This document shows positions 57,281-64,000 of a stretch of DNA of 64,000 nt, piece by piece. The stretch's first letter is position 1; the number at the start of each line of letters is the position of its first letter. This DNA is from Patescibacteria group bacterium (GTDB lineage Bacteria; Patescibacteriota; Patescibacteriia; Magasanikbacterales; GWA2-37-8): contig JAKLGL010000001.1 of NCBI GenBank assembly GCA_022710645.1, positions 167,426 to 231,425 on the forward strand, in the 5' to 3' direction. A model generated the notes under the pieces. That model ran no database searches, had not been told where the DNA came from, and saw only the letters and a list, made by a program, of their open reading frames with translations. A program made the position numbers and the translations under genes.

Positions 57281-57829
57281 TTAAACATTAGTTATTTCTT
57301 TTTCTTTATCCTCTCCGATAATTTTGACGTCTTCATTGTATTTTTTAACCATTTCTTCCAATTGATCTTGCAAACTATAGCGTTCGTCCTCGGAAATACT
57401 TTTACCTTTTTCTTCTTCAAGAATCGTATTTCTTACTTCTTCTCTTATTTTACGAATAGAAATCCGAGCGCCTTCTAATTTTTGATGTAAAACCTTTACC
57501 AATTCACTTCGTCTTTCAATTGTCAATTCCGGCAAACAAACACGAATCAAACGACCGTCATTAACCGGGTTAATACCGATACCGGAATCTCTTATACCTT
57601 TTTCAACTGCGGCAAGCAATCCCTTATCCCAAGGCTCAACATTGATAGTTTTGGGATCGGCGATAGAAATAGAAGCTACCGATTTTAAAGATTGTCTGGT
57701 CCCATAGGCTTCAACCATGATATTTTCAACCAAAGCGGTATTGGCTCGGCCGGTTCTCAAACCGGAAATATCGGTTTTGAGAAATTCTATTATTTTATCA
57801 AACTCTCCTTTAAAAACGTTTAAATTCAT
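57281..57829 (-). CDS. frr: ribosome recycling factor
   Basis: IMVEAYGTRQSLKSVASISIADPKTINVEPWDKG...RISIRKIRE. Confidence 0.9.
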   Translation of the reverse strand: MNLNVFKGEFDKIIEFLKTDISGLRTGRANTALVENIMVEAYGTRQSLKSVASISIADPKTINVEPWDKGLLAAVEKGIRDSGIGINPVNDGRLIRVCLPELTIERRSELVKVLHQKLEGARISIRKIREEVRNTILEEEKGKSISEDERYSLQDQLEEMVKKYNEDVKIIGEDKEKEITNV

Positions 57830-57850
57830 AAATAATTTTTAAATTTTATA

Positions 57851-58936
57851 TTAATCTAAAATAGAAAAGCCCATTAATAAACTACTGTCGTTTTTGGCGT
57901 TTATTTTTATCATCACCGGCAATGTATTGGTCGGTAATTTTTTTGTCTCCCATCTTACTCCACCGTCGTTTGAACGATAAAAAGTGGATTTGATATGAAC
58001 ATTTTTTTCTCCCAATTGCGAACCGGTGTAATAAATTTCATTGGCATTTTTCGGATTAACCGCAAAAGCCAAAATAGTTACCGCACCCGGAGGGGTTAAA
58101 AGTTTCAACTCTGTCCAACTGGCCCCGGCATTATCGGAACGTAAAATACCGTATTTGCTTATCCAGTATAAACTGTCTTTTTGCGAAGTGTTTAAAACTA
58201 AACGATAGAAATTAAAAGTGTCTCCACCAATCTTTTTCAATTCATCGTTTAAAGCCGTCCAATTTTTTCCACCATCATCGGAACGATACAATCCTTTGCG
58301 ATAAGACGCTACAAAAATACGATTGGCTGTTTTATGATCAACTTCCATTTGTTGCAATTGAAAGCCAAAACGTTTTATTACCTGCCAAGATCTACCCTCG
58401 TCGCGAGAAACCAAAATATCACCATTTAATTCCGCAGCATACACGACCTTCGTATTTTGATTATCTATACTGATAGAAACAAAACGTTCATTGGCCCTCT
58501 CTTCCGTAAACATCAAGTTCCAAGTTCGCGAACAATCGGTGGTTTTATAAATATGTACTCCGTCACTGGCATAAATACTACATTTATCTTTGGGATCAAC
58601 CGCTAAGGCATAAATAAATTTGCCAGCAAAAAAAGGTACACTTTGCCAACTATCTCCGTTGTCATAAGTATAAAAAAGTCCTTGACCTCGAGTACCGAGA
58701 TAAAAAGCATTGGGATCGCTCGGATCTTCAAACATTCTGTAAACTTTTATCCCCGCTATACTTTTGACGCCTTGAGGAGTGGGAAAAGCGCTGACCGCTT
58801 CCCAATTTTCGCCTTTATCCAAAGAACGAAAAACACCCATCGGACCGGAATCTTTTTTACCAATACTGATACAACCGGCTCCCATGACCGTAATCGCGCA
58901 AAGTAATAAGGTAAAAACGGTTATTTTGGAACGCAT
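57851..58936 (-). CDS. lipoprotein with BNR/Asp-box (sialidase-like beta-propeller) repeats
   Basis: signal plus lipobox LLCAITVMGAGC; seven S/TxDxGxxW repeats (SLDKGENW, TYDNGDSW, SRDEGRSW, RSDDGGKNW, RSDNAGASW, RSNDGGVRW...). Confidence 0.7.
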   Translation of the reverse strand: MRSKITVFTLLLCAITVMGAGCISIGKKDSGPMGVFRSLDKGENWEAVSAFPTPQGVKSIAGIKVYRMFEDPSDPNAFYLGTRGQGLFYTYDNGDSWQSVPFFAGKFIYALAVDPKDKCSIYASDGVHIYKTTDCSRTWNLMFTEERANERFVSISIDNQNTKVVYAAELNGDILVSRDEGRSWQVIKRFGFQLQQMEVDHKTANRIFVASYRKGLYRSDDGGKNWTALNDELKKIGGDTFNFYRLVLNTSQKDSLYWISKYGILRSDNAGASWTELKLLTPPGAVTILAFAVNPKNANEIYYTGSQLGEKNVHIKSTFYRSNDGGVRWETKKLPTNTLPVMIKINAKNDSSLLMGFSILD

Positions 58937-58940
58937 ATAT

Positions 58941-59891
58941 TTAAAATTTTAATAAAAATTGTTCAACGGCCAAACGAATTTGGACGTTATTTTTTAAATA
59001 ATTTTGAGTTTTAATCAATTCATCCATAATCTCGCTTATCTGTTTTGCCGTATACGGCAACAATATCATTTCCGCTTCGGTTAACAGCCGACTATTTCTT
59101 TTTTTAGTTTTAAAAAGTAGCAGTTCTCTCCAAAGCTCCAACCAAAAATCGGTTTTTTTGATTAGTATATCTCTGGCTTTATTACCATCTTTATCGGAAA
59201 AAATATTTTCTAAACTTTCCGTTTTTCCGAAAAAATCGGTTTTCAAAAGCGATAGCCATTTTCTAATTTCCGTCCTAAACTCTTCCACAAATTCTTTGTC
59301 TTCCGCTAATTTTTTAGCCTTTCCCGGCAAACCGTTTGCGAGCAAAACTGCCATTTCGGAATTTTTTTCATCATAACCGTTTTTTTTCAAACCTTCCAAA
59401 AGTTCCAAATTACCCACGGGGTGAAAAAAAACCTTTTGACATCTGGATAAAATAGTCGGTAAAATATTTTTTTCGTGATCTCCCAATAAAAATAAATAAC
59501 TATTTTGCGCCGGTTCTTCCAAAGCTTTGAGTAAAGCGTTTCCCGATTCTTCATTTAAATATTGCGCCCCATCCACTATCAAAACTTGACCTCTTTCTCC
59601 CCAAGCTTTTCTGGTCATTTTTTCTTTTATTTCTCTAGCTTGAGAAACGGTAATCTCTTTTTTGGCTTTGCCGGTTTTTTCATCTATGCTTCTTTCAAAA
59701 TAATAAAAATTCGGATTCTGCAATAATTTATCTTCCGGAGTTTGTAAAATTTCAGATGCTATTTTTTTGGCTAAAGTAAATTTTCCCACCCCTTCCGGAC
59801 CGCAAAAACAATAGGCATGAGAAAGACGACCGTTTTGCAAGGCTTTTTCAAAAAAAATAACATTTTTACTATTTCCTATAAACACACTCAT
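58941..59891 (-). CDS. holB: DNA polymerase III delta-prime subunit
   Basis: LSHAYCFCGPEGVGKFTLAKKIA; clamp-loader AAA+ fold; LIVDGAQYL. Confidence 0.8.
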   Translation of the reverse strand: MSVFIGNSKNVIFFEKALQNGRLSHAYCFCGPEGVGKFTLAKKIASEILQTPEDKLLQNPNFYYFERSIDEKTGKAKKEITVSQAREIKEKMTRKAWGERGQVLIVDGAQYLNEESGNALLKALEEPAQNSYLFLLGDHEKNILPTILSRCQKVFFHPVGNLELLEGLKKNGYDEKNSEMAVLLANGLPGKAKKLAEDKEFVEEFRTEIRKWLSLLKTDFFGKTESLENIFSDKDGNKARDILIKKTDFWLELWRELLLFKTKKRNSRLLTEAEMILLPYTAKQISEIMDELIKTQNYLKNNVQIRLAVEQFLLKF

Positions 59892-59919
59892 TTTAGGTTA
59901 TTAATATACCAAATTTTGG

Positions 59920-61041
59920 CTAAATTTGCAACCCATTCAGTATTTTAGCCGTATTTATCGCGGTTTTTTCCCAAGAATAGTTTTTAACTAGCTCCAAACC
60001 TGAATTTTTACAAATTAGCCTTCTGTTTTCATCTGCAAAAAAGATTTTCATCTTTTCCTTGATTTCAGCAATATTATTCGGATCAAAATAAATAGTCGCT
60101 TCTTTTCCGATTTCTTCCAAACTATGCCCTTTGGCGGCGATTACAGGCAAACCACAAGCAAAAGCTTCGAGCATCGGCAAACCAAAGCCTTCATAAAAAG
60201 ACGGAAAAACAAAAACTGTGGCTTGGTTTAACATTTGCGCCGTTTCTTTTTCAGTAAGCCAGCCGGTTAAAATAATATCTTGGCGGCAAGGATTTATTTC
60301 GATTTCTTTTTCAATTTTTTCAAATCCGACACCCGGTCCGCCAACAAGTACTAGTTGGGCATCAACTTCTTTTTTGAAAAATGAAAATGCTTTTATCAGA
60401 CCCAAAATATTCTTTTTCTCTTCCAATCGACCCAAATAAATAAGGAACGGCTTTGTAATGTCAAACTTTTTTAAAATATTAACATCTCTTTCGTCTAAAT
60501 TTAAACAATGATAAAAATTTTTATCATAAGCCAAAGGTGTTACAAAAATTTTTTCCGGTAACAAATACGGATATAGGCGCAAAGTTTCTTTTTTGGTAAA
60601 TTCCGAAGGAGTTAAAATATTTTTTGCGCATTTAATAATCCTTTTATTCATCCATATCAGATAGAATCGACCCAAAAAATTATAAGCTTTTTTATTTACC
60701 AAAAAAGCGCTGTCATGTATTGTCACCGTCGTATTTTTTGGACAAAAAAACGGGATCAATTGACCTGGAGCGAAAAAAATATCCGGAGGATTAAGAAACA
60801 TTTCCAATGACAACCTTATTTGACTCCAGAGTTTATAGAAAGGCCATTTTAAAACTTTTACCTCCCAATTAATTGGCATATTTTCCACCAACCCGGGTAA
60901 AAGCGGTCTTTGGGTATACAAAATCACCCTCGTATCAGAGGAGATTTGTTTTTTAAGATTATTTATTATTTGCCAACAATAATTTTCCACTCCTGTTCTA
61001 TGCTCTTTATTGGCATGATTAGCTTCAATTCCGATAACCAT
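59920..61041 (-). CDS. GT4 (group 1) glycosyltransferase
   Basis: EGFGLPMLEAFACGLPVIAAKGHSLEEIG (EX7E-type motif); start chosen at MVIGIEAN to avoid overlapping mreB. Confidence 0.8.
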   Translation of the reverse strand: MVIGIEANHANKEHRTGVENYCWQIINNLKKQISSDTRVILYTQRPLLPGLVENMPINWEVKVLKWPFYKLWSQIRLSLEMFLNPPDIFFAPGQLIPFFCPKNTTVTIHDSAFLVNKKAYNFLGRFYLIWMNKRIIKCAKNILTPSEFTKKETLRLYPYLLPEKIFVTPLAYDKNFYHCLNLDERDVNILKKFDITKPFLIYLGRLEEKKNILGLIKAFSFFKKEVDAQLVLVGGPGVGFEKIEKEIEINPCRQDIILTGWLTEKETAQMLNQATVFVFPSFYEGFGLPMLEAFACGLPVIAAKGHSLEEIGKEATIYFDPNNIAEIKEKMKIFFADENRRLICKNSGLELVKNYSWEKTAINTAKILNGLQI

Positions 61042-61042
61042 A

Positions 61043-62050
61043 TTATTTGGTAGCCAAAATACTGCGTTTATAACTTTCGATGTTTTCAAGCGCTATACCT
61101 GTGCCTTTTGCCGCGCAAAACATAGGTTCGTCGGCAACATAAGTCGGCACGCCGGTAGCTTGAGTAACCAATTCATCTAAATTTCGCAAAAGAGCGGATC
61201 CTCCGGTTAAAATAATGCCTTTATCCATAACATCAGCAGATAATTCCGGCGGAGTTTTGTGTAAAACTTCTTTTATCGCATTAACCAAAGAATTCAAATC
61301 GTGTTGAAGAGCTTCCGTAACATCATCCGAACTGACAGAGACAATTCTCGGCAGACCGGTAACCAAATCTCGCCCTTTGATATTGGTAGAAAGAGGTTTA
61401 GCCATATACATGGCAGAACCGACACTTGTTTTGATTTCTTCCGCCGTATGCACACCTATTTCCAAATTGTATTTTCTTCTGACAAAATCACCTATGGATT
61501 GATCAAATTTATTTCCGCCTATTCTGACCGAACCCCAAGAAACTATTCCGCCCAAAGAAATAACTGCTATTTCCGCCGTACCAGCGCCAATATCGATAAC
61601 CATATGTCCAGAAGCGGCGCCAATTGGAATATCGGCTCCTATGGCGGCCACCAAAGGAGCTTTGATAAGATAAGCGGCTCGCGCGCCCGCGGCAATAGTA
61701 GCGTCAATAACGGCGCGACGCTCCGTAGAAGTAATACCGGCCGGAACAGCCACCATAACTTCCGGTCGAAACAGATGAATACCTCCTAAAGCTTTATTGA
61801 TAAAATAACGCAACATCGCTTCAGTCGTACGATAATTAGCTATAACACCTTCTTTTAAAGGATGTTCGGCAATAATACTGTCCGGGGTTCTGCCAGTCAT
61901 ATCTTTGGCTTCTAAACCCACGGCCAAAATTTTACCGTCTGTTTTGGAAATAGCCACAACACCGGGTTCATTCACCGCTATACCTTTTTTTGGCACATAT
62001 ACCATCACGTTGTTTGTTCCCAAATCTATTCCAACTTTTTTGATAAACAT
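61043..62050 (-). CDS. mreB: rod-shape-determining protein MreB (actin homolog)
   Basis: VGIDLGTNNVMVY, DIGAGTAEIAVISLGGIV, TGGSALLRNLDELV. Confidence 0.9.
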   Translation of the reverse strand: MFIKKVGIDLGTNNVMVYVPKKGIAVNEPGVVAISKTDGKILAVGLEAKDMTGRTPDSIIAEHPLKEGVIANYRTTEAMLRYFINKALGGIHLFRPEVMVAVPAGITSTERRAVIDATIAAGARAAYLIKAPLVAAIGADIPIGAASGHMVIDIGAGTAEIAVISLGGIVSWGSVRIGGNKFDQSIGDFVRRKYNLEIGVHTAEEIKTSVGSAMYMAKPLSTNIKGRDLVTGLPRIVSVSSDDVTEALQHDLNSLVNAIKEVLHKTPPELSADVMDKGIILTGGSALLRNLDELVTQATGVPTYVADEPMFCAAKGTGIALENIESYKRSILATK

Positions 62051-62060
62051 AAACTTTAAA

Positions 62061-63497
62061 CTAATTATTTAACCCCACCTTAAAAAACCTATCCAAACGT
62101 AAGTCGGAGATAATCTTATATTTGTCATCACCGTAATCTTTAGGATCTTCGCTTGGCACGGCTGTTTTTATCTTTTTACCAAAATCAAGATTTAGTGTCA
62201 ATTTATGTCCCTCAGTGCCTATCTGTTTTTGAACAATCAATTCATACTCTCCTTTTTGAATAGCTGATACGATTTCAGGAGGTAAATAATATTCAAAAGA
62301 CAACTCACCTGTTTTCCCCGGTTCAACGGCAATAAAAGTTCCAAACCATTGTTTATTATTTTCTATACCCCAATCTATCCTCGGGGGTTCTTTACTCTTT
62401 TCAAAACGCATTGCACCGGTTGTTTTTACAAGTTCGCTTCCTGTCGGAACAAAAACTCTGGCATAAGTACGGTATCTGGTAGTCCGCCAATCAAAACCGC
62501 CACGATGCATATATTTCATAGCAACCTTGGCTAAATATTTTCCGCTACCGGTTGGAGAAACCGAATATGTTATTTCTCTATCTATCACCAAATCGGTTTT
62601 TAAAGCCCCTAAGTTTGCATCAGCCCAAAGAACAAAATCACTGTTTGAGTTTCTCATTTCTCCGGCCCAGCCTCCGGCAATAATTTTTTTCTGCATCATT
62701 TGATCAGCACTATAAATAATAATTTGTTTTTCTGCCAACATTTCTTTGGCCAATTTTATAAACTCGGCGTTATATTTCAAAAAATCACGACCGAAATTGA
62801 TAAAAACAGTCTTAGTCAAATCTTGTAAAGTTTTTTTACGTTCATCAAAAGAAACCCCTTTGTTAGCATAGCCGTATTCCACCTCCCATTGTAATTTATC
62901 CAAAAAATTATCGGCGTTAAACTCCATTCCGTTAACTTTCATCGGTCCGGTGATTTTCAAAATTTCTCGAATAACACTCGGAGTTATACCTATGACATAA
63001 TCCATATCTTTGGCGGAAACTCCGTTTTCAGCAGTATATAATTCCAAAGATTTTTTGGCTGATTCCGTAAAATCCGGAGACCAATTACTATCTCTAAAAT
63101 ACCATTTTTCCACGCCTAAATATGTTTTTATGGCCGCGGGCGGAACAGATTGCAGATAAGAAGAGGCATAATTATCTATTATTTCAGTGCCTTCCACCTT
63201 CAAAAGATGCGGCGCTCCATTTTGAGTGCTTACAGCGGCATAAGATCCGATAAATCCCCCTCCCGGACGCAATTCGGTATTATTCAAAAATAAAATCAAA
63301 ATGTGTTTTTGTTCTCCAAAACCCAATCCGTCGCGGATAATTTCATACAAATCTTGACTTTGAATAACATCTTTTCCATAACTATCCAAAACATATTTTT
63401 GCAGACCGCCGCTCTGAAACCAAAAATATAATCCTGTTCCGGCAGCAGCCAATAAAACAGCGACAATCAGTAACACGTTAAAAATTTTTCTCAACAT
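62061..63497 (-). CDS. membrane-anchored DUF4012-like protein
   Basis: N-terminal TM; LNNTELRPGGGFIGSYA motif typical of DUF4012-like proteins. Confidence 0.55.
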   Translation of the reverse strand: MLRKIFNVLLIVAVLLAAAGTGLYFWFQSGGLQKYVLDSYGKDVIQSQDLYEIIRDGLGFGEQKHILILFLNNTELRPGGGFIGSYAAVSTQNGAPHLLKVEGTEIIDNYASSYLQSVPPAAIKTYLGVEKWYFRDSNWSPDFTESAKKSLELYTAENGVSAKDMDYVIGITPSVIREILKITGPMKVNGMEFNADNFLDKLQWEVEYGYANKGVSFDERKKTLQDLTKTVFINFGRDFLKYNAEFIKLAKEMLAEKQIIIYSADQMMQKKIIAGGWAGEMRNSNSDFVLWADANLGALKTDLVIDREITYSVSPTGSGKYLAKVAMKYMHRGGFDWRTTRYRTYARVFVPTGSELVKTTGAMRFEKSKEPPRIDWGIENNKQWFGTFIAVEPGKTGELSFEYYLPPEIVSAIQKGEYELIVQKQIGTEGHKLTLNLDFGKKIKTAVPSEDPKDYGDDKYKIISDLRLDRFFKVGLNN

Positions 63498-63524
63498 ATT
63501 AATCGTCTAAATTATTAAATATTT

Positions 63525-64000
63525 TTATCTCTTTTTTTGCGAAACATTAAAACCGAGATATTTTCCGAACATTAGATGAGTAACCGCATCCAAACAAGGC
63601 AATGAAGAAAAAATCAATAAAGAAAAAGGTAATAAAGCCCATTGCAAAAGCATTATCAAATATTTAAAATGTTTTTCACTCTGCGGTTTGCGCGGCAAAA
63701 TAAGCATACTCATGATAGCGCTGATAAATAAACCGCTCATGGCTAAAGTCATCATTGTTTCCAAAATATGCGGAGTATTAAAAAACAAAGCGCTTTGACG
63801 GACTTCGTCTCCGGCCACATACAAAGGCAACCTACCCAAAAAAGTTATGAGAATAGCCACTACCGCCCAACTCCATTTTCCTTCCCATTCATGAAAAACC
63901 ATGGAAAACTTTTTCCACCAGGCGATTTCCTTCACTTTACGCAATTGCCAAAGTAAGTAAGGTATATTTTCGGTTCCCCACGCCCAACGTCTTTGTTGAT
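63525..64000 (-). CDS. polytopic membrane protein, C-terminal part; the gene may continue past the window end
   Basis: hydrophobic ORF; the reading frame stays open beyond the first Met (63944) toward the window edge. Confidence 0.45.
   Translation of the reverse strand, partial: QQRRWAWGTENIPYLLWQLRKVKEIAWWKKFSMVFHEWEGKWSWAVVAILITFLGRLPLYVAGDEVRQSALFFNTPHILETMMTLAMSGLFISAIMSMLILPRKPQSEKHFKYLIMLLQWALLPFSLLIFSSLPCLDAVTHLMFGKYLGFNVSQKKR

Overview
This 64-kb window is AT-rich and gene-dense. The gene content suggests a Candidate-Phyla-Radiation (Patescibacteria)-like bacterium: class-III type IV pilins with a [19 protein letters not shown]-terminus, a DUF4012-like protein, a giant K/E-rich coiled-coil protein, many small proteins and a reduced metabolism.

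Most of the window is housekeeping:
- Translation and RNA: smpB next to ssrA (tmRNA), infC-rpmI-rplT, rpmG, rplI, frr, era, glyQS-type GlyRS, cysS, dus, rnhA.
- Replication and repair: ligA, dnaX, holB.
- Secretion and envelope: secA, secD, secF, murA, mreB, ctpA, GT1 and GT2 glycosyltransferases.
- Metabolism: ppsA, pyrG, purA, tpiA.
- Regulation: an ECF sigma / anti-sigma pair.
- RNA genes: tRNA-Asp, tRNA-Gln, tRNA-Trp, tRNA-Thr(GGT), tRNA-Thr(TGT) and tRNA-Tyr.

There is a partial type IV pilus block: pilM, an atypical receiver protein, two tandem pilins and a prepilin peptidase.

The observations I rate most worth a second look:
1. A conserved GC-rich structured element of about 150 nt sits immediately 3' of two different tRNA genes, each time followed by a direct repeat of that tRNA's 3' end. 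The element shows stem covariation between copies and no conserved ORF. Two more tRNAs (Trp, Thr) carry 3'-end duplications with unrelated inserts.
2. An 852-aa membrane-anchored FtsK/HerA/VirB4-VirD4-like P-loop ATPase carries a large N-terminal domain I do not recognise. A stand-alone paralog of that domain occurs 8 kb away.
3. SecD has an embedded parvulin-type PPIase domain.
4. A putative operon encodes a 1474-aa coiled-coil protein together with a Wzz/PCP-like protein and a PDZ protein.
5. A CorA-like channel lacks the GMN motif.
6. Three families of intergenic repeats recur across the window.

No CRISPR array, rRNA or obvious transposase gene was found. All homology calls rest on motif recognition by eye, with no database search.
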